DNA of 63,451 bases, filler included, from Craspedostauros australis (taxonomy: Eukaryota), in the NCBI GenBank assembly GCA_030167865.1. It is 12 parts of 12 records of this genome, joined end to end, with 100 filler letters (N's around TTAATTAATTAA, not from the genome) between each part and the next. Parts side by side here need not be neighbours in the genome. Positions count along the whole stretch, not along the records: positions 17,785 to 45,176 come from JALAGF010000215.1; positions 45,277 to 48,104 come from JALAGF010000216.1; 10 more parts are not named here. One strand, written 5' to 3'. The position numbers were made by a program, and so were the translations under genes. A model generated the notes under the pieces. The model saw only the letters and a list, made by a program, of their open reading frames with translations. It was not told where the DNA came from and ran no database searches. Shown piece after piece: positions 35,282-47,058 of the stretch; within the stretch, counting starts at the first letter, position 1, and the number at the start of each line of letters is the position of its first letter.

Positions 35282-36994
35282 AGCTCCCAGGCAACTACGA
35301 GTAGTCGGTTCCGGGGGGTGAACGGTCGGCGCAATAGAGACAACCAACAGGAAGCCAGCAAGAGATAGAGAGACGATGGATTTGCACCGACGAGGCAACA
35401 ATTATACAATAGAAGTAGCGAAAACGAATGCGACGTTATGTAACCCATACATAACAAAAGCTGAGTGTATCAATTGCTACCGATGTTGCTCAGCTCTTCC
35501 TTTGTATTGTACAATACGAAACGATACTCTCCAACAGAGACCATTCGGATGCAGTGCGACGCCTCGTGCCGTGCGAGTTCGAGTGGCTCCACGTCTCTGT
35601 TCGTATAATGGTTCGGGCCTCTGTTGGCCAATGGCGCGTTCTGCTCTTCATGTGATCCATTGCGCAACGCTTCATCCGCCAATGCCTCACTCGCTTGCTC
35701 CACTCGCAGCTTCCATCCCCACAACCACATACTCTTGCTAACCGCCGTCGAACCAAGGCACACCAACGTGTACGGCTTGCTCCATCTTGACCACTCCTCC
35801 TCGATCACTCGGACGGTGTGGAGCATCCAGCAGTGCACGGAAGGCGTGGGGCATGGATGTTCCTTCATCCCGATGAACCATGGCCTGACATACGAGAATC
35901 TTGCAGATAGCGTATGCAGCTCGTATAATAAAACGTAGTCGTACGCAAACCAACATGCTGGGAACATGATGCATCACCCTCTAGTCTCATCTACAAACCA
36001 GACATACCATTTCGAACAATTACTCAATGAATTGATATTTAACCGCAGATACCATTGATATTTCTCCCGTTGATTCGGAGTTGGTACTTTGATTGTTGAA
36101 TACTTGTTTGCACTGTATCTCATTTGTTGGTACCACATAGTATCGTGTTCGTTTGCAATATTCGGACGTTTTATACGGACGTCATTATTGTCCGTTTAAT
36201 CTGTTGAACGAACCAAGTATCGAACACAATCATAGACGATCTCGAACAATGTGTGCAAATACACTGTTAGATTGATGAATAAGGACTTACTAGAGTGAAG
36301 AAACTGACGTATTCGAATCATCCGATCCAAGTCCATCCGATCGAGCATATATCTCCGAACAAGGGCATGTGTGAGACACGGCCATTATTTGGATGAGGAC
36401 CGAATGCGCGAACGCGAACCTTTGTGTGGCTATTGTGAAGACATTGTTGGGCTTATCAGGTTGTCACGAATGAGAACAGAGAACATCGCGCAGGCGCACG
36501 ACAGCGTCCATCTGCGATATGGCTGTTGGGTGGTAAGAGATTGGAGCTGGTTTCGTCTGGGGAGACAGCAGCGTCCTGTAGCACCTGGATGTATGTCCTG
36601 GAAGCCAGCCCAAAACAACAGAACGTGTTCGCTGAAATGTTGGTACTCCCAAGATTCCCATAGCCAGGAAGATACCATGACGGACAGTCCGTAGATGTCC
36701 ATTGTGTAATCGAACTAGTGCGTTCGAGGCAACCACGACCGCGAGCTCCGACTAGACCAACGAATCCGGCGGAGCATGATCTGCTTGTGACTTGTGTGGG
36801 GCGTGTACCAGGATGGTGCTCTTCCCACCAAGGCGCATTCCGCCATGGCCAATAGCGAGCGGTTGCTTCGGCAGCATTCCTTCCGCGGAGTTCTCCAACA
36901 AGCACGTGTGGACCCAACAAGATCAGAAATGCAAGCAAGGTCCTCTGTGCTGCTTTGTCTGCCCCGCTCTGCTCAAATGTGAGCATCGAAGAAC

Positions 36995-37042
36995 GAGTAC
37001 GAGTACGAGTACGAGTATGAGTATGAGTATGAGTATGAGTAT
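36995..37042. repeat. (GAGTAY)n hexanucleotide microsatellite
   Basis: GAGTAC x3 followed by GAGTAT x5. Confidence 0.93.
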
Positions 37043-37692
37043 GCAGCAGAGTATGAAGCAGAGTAGAGGAGAGCACCAGGCTTCACTTTATCGTTCAAGT
37101 CTTTGCGCAGCCAGCTGCGCTGCTGGTGTTTCTGTTTCATGATGAGGCTGCTCTGATGAGTTGGGGCGTCGCATGAAGCCTCCATCGCGCTGATCGTTCG
37201 CTCGAGCAAGGTTGATGCGTTGGCTGTGCTTTCCAATGCCACGACCAGCACGATGCCCAACATCCCAGCACTCCTCAGGAATCACAGAGACCTCCATGAA
37301 GCGCAGCGACAGAACGCGGCCGTGAAGTCGCTAGCGCCAAGCAGGTGGGAGAGGCTCGCATGACGCGTTGCACTGTCGCACGTTGGTTTGCACCATGCCA
37401 TCGGCAGCCCGTGTAGTCAGCGCCAATCGGTCTTCCGCAATTGCGATCCTTTTTCCGGTCTCGGAAGATCCATACGAGTCAGTGGATGACAGCTGCGAAA
37501 GCTCTGCTTCGGTTAAGGCCGCACCGAAGGTCACAACCGATGCTGCTGGTGTCAACTCCCTTCTCTGCAGTCCAAGCATCGGGTCTTGGTGTGGTGCGAG
37601 TAGATCGTAGATCGTATTACAGGTGGGAGGATGAGGGTGCACCTGCTGGTGTGACTGATGACGGCAACATTCAAGACCACTGCGGTGAACAT

Positions 37693-37767
37693 CCCAGCAG
37701 TGAAAACCCCAGCAGTGAAAACCCCAGCAGTGAAAACCCCAGCAGTGAAGACCCCAGCAGTAAAGAT
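37693..37767. repeat. 15-bp tandem repeat x5 (CCCAGCAGTGAAAAC)
   Basis: Three perfect and two degenerate units. It reads PSSEN on + and VFTAG on -. Confidence 0.93.
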
Positions 37768-38729
37768 CACAACAGCGATGGCAAGGATCAGCAAGGGTTG
37801 GTCATGACCGGCAGTGTTGTCAGTGCCAGTGTCAACTTCAACTTCACCGCTGGCCTTGGTTGCAACGCAACTCACAACAGCACGATGATCGCAACTTCTG
37901 ACACGCTGTCTCTCTTTCGCATCTGCTCTGCCGTGAGAACCTCTCTCCCTCTCTGCGAGATATCCCCAGGAACCACTTGCGCCGGTCCATGATATTAATA
38001 CGATCTACACTTGCTCTGCATGTCATGCCTGAATTCGATCCAACCGTTCCAGTCCATTATACATCACTTTGCTGGTCTGCACTGAGTTTTGATGCATCAG
38101 TCATTGCAAGTCCGTCGACTTGGAGAGGGAGATCGTCATTGTGGTTCCTTGTGCACGAGCACACGTATTCTACAACTATTGCGAAGCAGATCTGGCAGAT
38201 CGGATCAGATGCGACTGATTGATGTGCGACCTACTATACCAATACGCACGACCTATACGACGAAATGAGCAAGGCGACAACAAAACTTGCAAGCTGAGAA
38301 CCTCGTGAATCTCATCTTGCTGTCATTGCTCATGCCGATGATCCCACATGCACATTACTGTTGCTGGTGCGATTTGCAACGTCCCATACTCAGCTTACAT
38401 CGGCGTCGCTACCGCCATGGCCGACTTCGGTCGAGTAAGCCGACCATCCACCGAAGAAGCAATCATTCGCCACTACCAGACATCAGCGTCACATCGACCA
38501 TGGCGTTCGAGCACTCACATATTCGAGAGTAACGGTAAACTAATGCATTCCAAAAGATGATGCGAAGGCCTACCGCAAGCTGATGCTGCGTCGTTCTCTT
38601 CTCTATCTCTTTATGTTGCCCAATCCGTGCCCACCTCGTCTGTCTGAGTGCAGGATGATTCTACATCCTCGTGCATGCTCGTGCTCATGGTGTTGCTCAG
38701 TTCGATTGAGAGGCATCTGCGCGATCATG

Positions 38730-41700
38730 TCATTCACTGCTGTTTGTTTCATCGATTGTCTCACCTCCATTGTCATTGCCATTGCCATCGTCACTCCCAT
38801 CGTCACTCCCATTGTCATTACCATTTCTGCTGACACTGCCGCTCGCATCATTCTGTTTCGTGACACGAGGCCTCTTCTTGCCACCATGCACGTTCGCTTG
38901 TTGCTTGCCTCTGGTGCGGCAGGCAATGGTCCCAATATCCGCAATGGTCCTCTTTGTGCCTGTGCTGGCTTCGTTGCCATCTTCGGAAGCACTTTGCTTC
39001 ATGTTTGCGCCATTTGTAGGAACGCCAAGACTGCTGCTGCGGCTTCTACTACTCCAACTGTGACTACTTTTGCGACTGCTGCTGCAACTACTGTTGCTGC
39101 TGCTGTGACTACCACGGCTGCTTTCGTCCTCTCTGTCGCTTTCGCCATCGCAGCTTCGGGAGCTGCTACTCTCGTACCCGCCCTGGAAGACCGCGGCGCT
39201 GCTGGGTGGGACATCAGGGAGTGCGGTGTCCCCCATTGCCTGGGTGTCCAACAAGGCATATCCGTTTGATGTGGCATTAGCCGCCGGAATCCGGCTTTCG
39301 GCTACCCGAAGCTTCTCAATAAGTTCGTCCCGTTCCTTGAGCAGCGCTGCGATGATATGGCCATCGTGCTCACGGCTGCGATGGAATGCGTCGATCGTAG
39401 CCGCTACTATGGCGGGGTTGTGCAAATGAGGAAACAAGACAGGATCGTACATGGCAGCACCAGCGGCCGCATCTGGCAGGTTGTACATGCCAGGATGCAT
39501 TGGAGCATGAGGATATGAGGGATGGAGGTAGCGCGCATGCTCTGGTAGGGCGCCTGGGTGCATACCCATGGGATGCATTAGTGGGAGTGGCGGTGTCGCG
39601 GTGGCAGTTCGTGGCATTATGGCCGTTGGTGGCGCTATTGCTTTGCCTCGTGCGGCATATGATTGCGCCGCTGGAATTGTCGCATTTGTCGCTGTTGCGG
39701 CCGTTCGAGAACTGGTCTGAGCGCTCACAGCGCTGCCTCTTTGCACACCCATCGTGCCGCTTGCAGCGTTGCTGAGTTTGCTGGCTCCGGCTCCAGCACT
39801 TCCAGCACCTCCAGCTCCAGGTGCAGGCAGCAAGCTCGAGCTTCCTCTTTCATCCTTGGATGCTGATGTTGGTGGTGAGGTTCTTTTTGGCATTGCTGGA
39901 GTTGCCGTTGTTGCGGCTAGTGTTGGTGGCACTCTTGCGACTGCTGTTTGCGGGCGATCGTTACCATCAGCTCTTCTCTGCGGCTGGGCGCTCGTGCTAC
40001 TCCGATGGATAAGCTCAGCTTGCGATGGATCATCTGGAGGCACGGCCGCTTTTCCAGCCTTGACTTGGTTTGATGTCTTTGCTGATTCTAGCTGTGCTCG
40101 TCCACTGGCACTCATAGTCGAAGCTGGTGCTCTCGCGGTTCCAGTGGCAGGCTCCTTCAGTGGCTGGCCGCTTCCTCGCGCTACAGGCACCGCAGGCGAG
40201 GATTCGGCCTCCTGTCTGACTTCGCGAGTGACCGGGCGCGCAGTCGCTGTTGCCGTCGCCGCTGCCGTTGGGAAAGTAGATGGTTGAGCAAGTCGGGCGC
40301 TGGTTCTGAGCGCGTGTTGATGCGCATTTGCGCTTGCATTGTGCATAAAACGCTGGGCGCCAGGTGAGACCGATTGTGCCGTCAACTTTCCTGCGGATGC
40401 ACATGACACTCCCATCCCTTTTCCCGTTCCTGCTCCTGCCGTTGTTTTTGCCACCACGTGTGTTGGATGCAGTGTTGCATTCCGTGGTTCGGATTGATTG
40501 ACTTTCTGCCCGACCTGGCTGGCTGCGGCTTGTGGCTGACGATGGGATGACCGAGCCACGTTCTGTACTGGCACTTGACCGACTGGATGATGCGCCCTGG
40601 CCTGCTGCATTATGTAGTATGCGTGTGGCTGTCCCACTGTACCATTTGGAATGTGGGCGGCGTAAGGATGCGGGTGCGGATGTAGAAGATGATGATGCGG
40701 ATGTTGCTGTACAAGAGGATGCGAGTGCGGATGTGGATGTGGTTGCAGAAGCGGGTGTGCATGTGGATGAGATTGTGGATGGGCGCGATACGGTGAAGGT
40801 TGGGCAACATGAGCAACATGGGCACCATGAGTTCCAGCAGCCGCCAAAGGTGCACTAGCGCGTATAGATGCTGCAAGAGGCTGCCGTCCTGTCTCTTGTC
40901 GTTGTGCAGTTGTTGCGACTCCGGAGGTTCTTCGTGTGGCCATATTATTCTGAAGAACAGGTTGCCCAGCACGCACAGCTGCACCGCGATTGCTGTTTGG
41001 GTATATGAACGAGGTTTGCTGTGGCTGAGGTCGACGAAGTTGATTTGGATCAGGGTTTACCGGTACTGGCGGATGCTCATTCTCTCGTTGCGATGACTTG
41101 GTGATACGCCTTTGCATGTCAAGTATGGCAGCGTCTCTGGTTATGGCGATTGCTCGGGAAGACTTCACAAACGGTGATTCCAAAGACATCGGGTCGATGT
41201 CAGGCAACTTTCGAGGCTTGCCACGGAGCACATGCGCCACCTTCATCCTTGCCTCTGTCTTCGTCACCGCCTGCCAGATCTGCCCCTCTTCGTTGTACTT
41301 CAAAAAGCGTCCTCCAGTCGCCCTTACGAGACGAATGATTTCGTCGACGATGGCCTGTTTGGAATGGAAGCCCTTTGTGTCCCCAGTATCGGTGTCGGTG
41401 TCGGTCTGTTCGGTGCGTGTTTCCTTGCTCTTTTCGGCTTGTTCAGCGCATGCCGCCTTGTTCTTTTCGCTGACAGTCTCTTTGAAGTTCACGTATTGTG
41501 ATTTGAAACGGTTGGTGTACATGTGAAGCTTGAAATTGCCTGGATGCTTCTGGTAAGGTTTGCCACGCCCGAACAGAACGTCAAGAGGCTCAGGCTCAAT
41601 CGCAGGTCCTGATAGCTTTGGTATTCTCTTGTCCCAATTTCTTTTGCCTGGCCCAGCCACGGCTTCCCCAATTCCCGGCTCATATGTCGTTGAATTGGAG

Positions 41701-42593
41701 TCCTGTAACTTTGCTGTTGTCTGTTCCTGTCCTGTTTCCTTTCCTTTTGCTGCTCCCTCTTGCTGCCCCTTAGCCGGTCCTTTCTCACTCTCTTTCGCCT
41801 CTTTCGCCTGCCTTTTTGCGTTGGATTTGGCCTGTCGTTTTGCCTTGCCCTTTATCTGACCTTTCACTTTGGATTTTGCTGTGGGTTTTGCCTTGGACTT
41901 GACCTGTGCTTTTGCCAGACCTTTGGCTTTGGCTTTTGCCTTCGCTGCTGGTTTTGTTGTTGTTGTTGTTGTTGTTGTTGCTGTTGTCTGTGTTGTTTCG
42001 GAAAGCTTGGGAGCGGAAGGATTGCCCGAAGGATCAGCCAAAGGAGGCGGCTTGCGCAGATCCGTGGTGTTGGCTTGTGCTGTTGGAGGGGCTTTTGACT
42101 TTTGCGGTAGTTGCAGCCTCGCCTGACTACTCGTACATTTGGGATTAGGAAGTGGGTTTGATCCTGTTTGGCTCTTCGATAACATTGTCAGTCCTATTGA
42201 TGCTGCCGTTGCCATCATCGCTGATGCTTTTGCCACTGGCACTGCCGTTGATGATGCTTTTGGGGGGGCACCGAGCGGCTTCGCCGCTTGCGGCGCCAGC
42301 ATCGACAACAATCTCGGGGCAATGCCAGCCTTCGAGGTTGATACGGGCAGCGTGGGTGGTTCTGGTGATACTGATTGCCCTGCTGTTGCTCTTGTTGTTC
42401 CTATTGCTCTTGTTGCTGTTGGCTTTGACTTTGGTGGTGCTTTGGCTGCAGAAAGTGTCGGAGTTGCCGGCAGAGCCGGATGCAGCGGTAGCTTGGGCAT
42501 GGCTCGCCGCGTTGGTGCAGCTTTGCCCGAGGCTGGTTTGGTTTGGATGCTCCTCCCAATACTGGTACGAGGACCCGGAGGGAAGTCTCTCAT
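38730..42593 (-). CDS. DUF6824-domain protein, 1287 aa and mostly low-complexity; putative nuclear regulator
   Basis: The domain at about 41220-41600 reads DVLFGRGK..QKHPGN...K..IVDEII..V...GGRFLK....W......AR.KVAHVLR. It is flanked by K/A-rich, His/Pro-rich and Ser-rich tracts, a short coiled coil (ALLKERDELIEKLR) and an NLS-like KKRPR. Confidence 0.85.
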   Translation of the reverse strand: MRDFPPGPRTSIGRSIQTKPASGKAAPTRRAMPKLPLHPALPATPTLSAAKAPPKSKPTATRAIGTTRATAGQSVSPEPPTLPVSTSKAGIAPRLLSMLAPQAAKPLGAPPKASSTAVPVAKASAMMATAASIGLTMLSKSQTGSNPLPNPKCTSSQARLQLPQKSKAPPTAQANTTDLRKPPPLADPSGNPSAPKLSETTQTTATTTTTTTTKPAAKAKAKAKGLAKAQVKSKAKPTAKSKVKGQIKGKAKRQAKSNAKRQAKEAKESEKGPAKGQQEGAAKGKETGQEQTTAKLQDSNSTTYEPGIGEAVAGPGKRNWDKRIPKLSGPAIEPEPLDVLFGRGKPYQKHPGNFKLHMYTNRFKSQYVNFKETVSEKNKAACAEQAEKSKETRTEQTDTDTDTGDTKGFHSKQAIVDEIIRLVRATGGRFLKYNEEGQIWQAVTKTEARMKVAHVLRGKPRKLPDIDPMSLESPFVKSSRAIAITRDAAILDMQRRITKSSQRENEHPPVPVNPDPNQLRRPQPQQTSFIYPNSNRGAAVRAGQPVLQNNMATRRTSGVATTAQRQETGRQPLAASIRASAPLAAAGTHGAHVAHVAQPSPYRAHPQSHPHAHPLLQPHPHPHSHPLVQQHPHHHLLHPHPHPYAAHIPNGTVGQPHAYYIMQQARAHHPVGQVPVQNVARSSHRQPQAAASQVGQKVNQSEPRNATLHPTHVVAKTTAGAGTGKGMGVSCASAGKLTAQSVSPGAQRFMHNASANAHQHALRTSARLAQPSTFPTAAATATATARPVTREVRQEAESSPAVPVARGSGQPLKEPATGTARAPASTMSASGRAQLESAKTSNQVKAGKAAVPPDDPSQAELIHRSSTSAQPQRRADGNDRPQTAVARVPPTLAATTATPAMPKRTSPPTSASKDERGSSSLLPAPGAGGAGSAGAGASKLSNAASGTMGVQRGSAVSAQTSSRTAATATNATIPAAQSYAARGKAIAPPTAIMPRTATATPPLPLMHPMGMHPGALPEHARYLHPSYPHAPMHPGMYNLPDAAAGAAMYDPVLFPHLHNPAIVAATIDAFHRSREHDGHIIAALLKERDELIEKLRVAESRIPAANATSNGYALLDTQAMGDTALPDVPPSSAAVFQGGYESSSSRSCDGESDREDESSRGSHSSSNSSCSSSRKSSHSWSSRSRSSSLGVPTNGANMKQSASEDGNEASTGTKRTIADIGTIACRTRGKQQANVHGGKKRPRVTKQNDASGSVSRNGNDNGSDDGSDDGNGNDNGGETIDETNSSE

Positions 42594-45276
42594 CGCTTGC
42601 TGCTATCGTTTGGAATGGATGGTGCTCGTGTGGGTGTGTGCGAGCATGGTACGAGAAAGAACAAGAGTATTAGCACGAACACGGGTCAGAGAACGAGTGT
42701 GGTGTTGTGCAGAGTGGAGTACTTTCAACTATGGAATTTCTGCATGGTACTCGCACCACACAAGTTTGCAGGAACTCCATGCCTACAACGTGCGAGTGCG
42801 AGTACGAGGCGCGTTGCTGTCGCCAACAGCGTCTGCAACATCTCGTCTGTTTGTTGTTGGAAAGTTTGTTCGCATCAGCAGCCGGCATTCGGCAACGCGG
42901 TTGCTGCGTGAGCAAACTCGCGCGTGTCGCATGCGACAAGCGAACAGCAACAAGGAATGTGCTTTGAGCATTTCGCAACTGCCCAAATTCAACAGTGTGT
43001 CGGTTCTACCCGAATGTACTCTGTACCACCGTACTATAGAGGTGCGGGTGTGCATCTATACCTCAGCATACCTCTGCATACGAGTATCCACTCCTCAACT
43101 CTTGAAAGTATAATACTTTCTCTGTTATGGTATTGCATTACATTATATTGCTATATATTATTCTATTATATTCTATTCTATTATAGAATATTATAATACA
43201 ATACTCAAATACTCACCATTCAACAAGGAGGCACACAACGACCCACATCGTTCATAAGGGAAAGCGAGTACTCTGCTCTGCTACGGAGGAGAGCGTTTTT
43301 GCGGAAATCCATTTGCTTTCTCCAGCACTGATGAGAACAGAGCCCATCACTTCATCTTGATCTTCCGACATCCGATTGCATTATACACTCTATTATACAT
43401 CCTATTATATTACACATACGAGTATCTTGAGATGTCATAGCATTGAAGCATGCGTTTGGGATGCTTTCCTCATTCCCCATCTCGTCTCTGATCTTGCTTC
43501 CTCTCCATGTCACTCTGTGATTATGCATTCAAGTTCGCGTAGAGGAATGTAGGCCACTCCAACCGAGGCGCCCGCTCCTATCATCCTCCGCTGGGATGCT
43601 GCATGTTCGTCTATCCCTCCACAAGTACACAAAGCAAGAGCAAAATACAAGAAGTCACCAAAATCGAATACGAGGATGATACTTGGTGCCGTCTCTGCTC
43701 CTTCGGAGCGCCCCATCTAAAGAACAGAGGCGTGGGACAAACTCTATCTTTCTAATCGTACTCGTAGGTATTCATGTGACTCCGTACTAGTACGCGACTC
43801 GTTGGTGCCTGTCCTTTTGCAGATGGATATTGAGGTTGTCTCTGTGTTATGATTCGTCATAGTGGCCGGGCGACGACATGCGAAGTATTACATTATATTG
43901 CACGAGAGCAATTGGTTATCTACGTGGGTGGAGTTCCAGTGCAGTGCACCATACCATACTGCACGAGTCGTCGACTTGAGCTGGTGTGGCCCACGTTGCA
44001 ACCACGAGGAGGGTGAATCCGTCCGTGAGGAATCGCTCTGGCGCCCATGTCCGCTGTGCCAATAAAAATCAGCGTCGCACCAACCACGATCAGAACATGT
44101 TTACCCGTCGTTGCCATAGCAGCGCTTGTGATCGTGGTCATTTCGAACCCTTGTTGTCGTGGCATGGTTGTTGGCACTTCCACACACGGAGAGCGGAGGA
44201 TCGCAAAGGAGCCATCATCGGCAGGACCAGCCGTCGCATGCGCGCGTTTCCCGCTGTCTCTCTGTATCTCTCTGTCTGCCTTTCTGTCGCTAACGCTGAT
44301 TCCTCTCTCCGGAGAAGCAAAACACATCAGGGAGAAACGTGAAAGAGATCGCACAAGCCCACGAACAATTATTCTCCACACGCACTGCTCAATCGCACCC
44401 AGCATTGTGTTGTTCTGTTTTCTCGTTTTCTGTACTCGATGAACGCCGGTGAAATACCTCTCTATTGGTTGAGAGTGTAGTATTCAGATACCCATACTCG
44501 ACTTCTGCTGCTATTACAATACTCAATTCAGTCTGGTATGGTCCGAGTTGCGCAATCAGTACAATAGCGCAGATGGTGCGCTCCAAGCCTGCACGCTTGA
44601 GTGGAGTATGATGCCCATGATACAGTATTCGGCATGATAGAGCAGAGGTCCATACTCGTGGATTCGAGCTACGAGTATTCTATTATACGAAGATGTCACA
44701 AGTTGTGAATTCATCGTGTGAATCCGGAGCGTTCATGAAGGTGTGTCGACCTCATTTGCGCGGTGCGGGCATATCCGTACGTGTGTACTCGCACCAGATC
44801 CTCGTGCAAAAAGCTTGCACCTTTTCTCCAGCCAACGAGCGACCAACAACGCGAAGAAATCGCCATCCGCAGCCGTAGTCGCGGGTTCGTCTTGCGTGAA
44901 TCCAACAGCGGAAGACCACGAATATGTGCACTGATCGTGGGGGATTGGTTGGGCTTGTCATCGTGAACATAAGAGCCCGATCAGCGAGTCGACCAACTGT
45001 TTGCAATCAACATTCCATATTTTTTTCCCGGATTTCAAAACTAAGTACATATTCCCAATCCTCGTAGATCTAAAACATATACCAATCCATTACAGATCTG
45101 AGGTTGGCCGTATTTTAAGTTTTATGGACCGATGGATGTGCGCATTTTTCGATCTCTTTCGGGTTTCAGCTGTTTGNNNNNNNNNNNNNNNNNNNNNNNN
45201 NNNNNNNNNNNNNNNNNNNNTTAATTAATTAANNNNNNNNNNNNNNNNNNNNNNNNNNNNNNNNNNNNNNNNNNNN

Positions 45277-46058
45277 TCCGCCCATGGTGAAGTAGTTACC
45301 GCCCCACGCATGGTCGGATCCTTCCCCAGAGTTGGCGGTGAGGGTGCGAGCGAACTCAGATGTGAGCACCACGGTAACCTGATCCCACATCCCCTGCGCC
45401 TTCATCTCCTTCTGGAACGTATCCAGGGCGGCGTTCAGGCTTCGAAACTCGTTCGCCTGCTGTGTTTTCAGCTGAGAATGATGATCCCACAATCCCAGCT
45501 CCATGAAGAAGAGATCGCGGTCCGCCCCGCGACCTTCATGAGTCAAGATGAAGTTCGACACCGTCTCGAACTTGGTGCGGTAGTCGAAGTTTTGGATCGT
45601 GCTGAAGTCCTGAGTCAGCGGGACGTTACTGACGATGTTTTTCAGGGTTTCGATATCACTGATGGCCTTGTGCAAGCCACCTGACCACAGCTCCCCGAAC
45701 ACGCTGCTGTGGACATTGGTCTGCTGGTTCATTCGAGCCACATGATCTTTCGCATCGAACACTTCGCCATTCGGGCGCGGATTGAAATCTTGCATCCCCT
45801 CCGCGGATACGACCAGCACTTCAATGGCCTGTCCAGGAACGCCGACGGTCGCCACGCTCGCATCCTGGATGGTGATTGGTTGCGGTTTGTAGCTCTTGGT
45901 GGCGAGCACGTCGCTCACTCGTCCCAGAATGCCAGTGGTCGGGGTCGTGTCCCAGGGATCGACGCGCTGCGTCTCCAGCTGCATCGTGTTGTGCGCAAAT
46001 AGGTCGGTGTTGGAGAGTCGGTCGTAGTTCTCGGTCGTGACGGGCGTGTCCAACACCC
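45277..46058 (-). CDS. DUF1501-domain protein, internal exon; 3' end runs off the contig and the upstream exon was not found
   Basis: Motifs LFAHNTMQ, WDHHS, TSEFARTL..NSGEGSDHAWGGNYF.MGG. A candidate acceptor CGACAG has its AG at 46060-46059 on the minus strand. Confidence 0.85.
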
Positions 46059-46371
46059 CTGTCGAGACCGATATGCGTGTATATGTCAAGATGTACGTGT
46101 ATATGTGCATTGTTCACCCGTTATTCTCTCATACGCACTTGGACGGTACAACTACACTCGTGTCTATAGTATGCTGTGATTTGTCAAATTCACAGTGGAA
46201 ATGGAACACACGAAAATGAGCAGAATTTCTGGAGGAAATTTGGAATCAACGATTTCTGAGAGAATCAGGAACATCGTCCGTCCATCCATCAATGGAAGCG
46301 TATGGTATCGAGCGAAGCTCGAGGTACCTCCCAACTAAACCCCAGATGACAATATCATCTGACGGACCATT

Positions 46372-46836
46372 GCATCATCAATGGAACGCAACATCTGGAG
46401 GAACAGGAAGACGACACCTGACGTTGACATCTGTCTCCATGTCAGAAGCAGAAGGTGAAGATTCAATGACCGAAGGGCATCGAGATCATGGATAAACAAG
46501 GTGGAGTTCAAGTGGCAAACACTCATGGAGTAGGAGTCAGTATTGAACAAATGGAGTGTTGAATGCGGAGTACGCATCGAACACGGAGTATCGTGTAGCA
46601 CGAACACGCAACATTGAGAAGAGAGAGAATACGAAGAATAGCGAGAGAGGATCTTGCGCACCGACTCATAGTCAGAGACCAATCTACGAAACAGAGAGAT
46701 GCGCTGAGAGCATCGGGCAAGAGAACGGAGACACCAAGAGGATTGGAGTACCAACGTAATGAAATAGCAAATGAACAACTGTCAACCAATACCATCTTCC
46801 ACGATCGTAGGCTTCCAATCACGGAACTTGCCAACA
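46372..46836 (+). mobile_element. Interspersed repeat, probably an LTR (solo or 3'); related copy at 57008-57500
   Basis: Colinear similarity to 57008-57500, including an identical run GAATGCGGAGTACGCATCGAACACGGAGTATCGTGTAGCA. Similarity stops sharply after GGAACTTGCCAACA in both copies. The left boundary is uncertain. Confidence 0.75.
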
Positions 46837-47058
46837 CATGTTGTGAATGTTGCACCCAGTATTTTGGCTGTTACTCTCTCTGTGTTCATGTTCTACTCTC
46901 TCTGTGTTCATGTTCACGTTCAGTAGAGCACTCGTGTGTCTCCATGGGCAAACAATGCGATTGGACATGATGCGCCCGGACAAGCCAACAGACAGACAGA
47001 AACTTGTGCGCGTGTCTGCGACGAAGCCCCCACAGAGATCACTCGGAGAGACACTCTC

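Noticed and set aside
37693..37767. CRISPR-like array
   Set aside because: The 15-bp units are head-to-tail with no unique spacers and there are no cas genes. It is a simple minisatellite.
43110..43210. AT-rich tract as an origin or centromere-like element
   Set aside because: It is a short low-complexity (TATTC/TATTA) stretch, too small and unspecific to support a function.
46303..46314. TGGTATCGAGCG as a tRNA-iMet primer-binding site
   Set aside because: It is one base short of TGGTATCAGAGC, is not preceded by an LTR-ending CA, and no gag follows.
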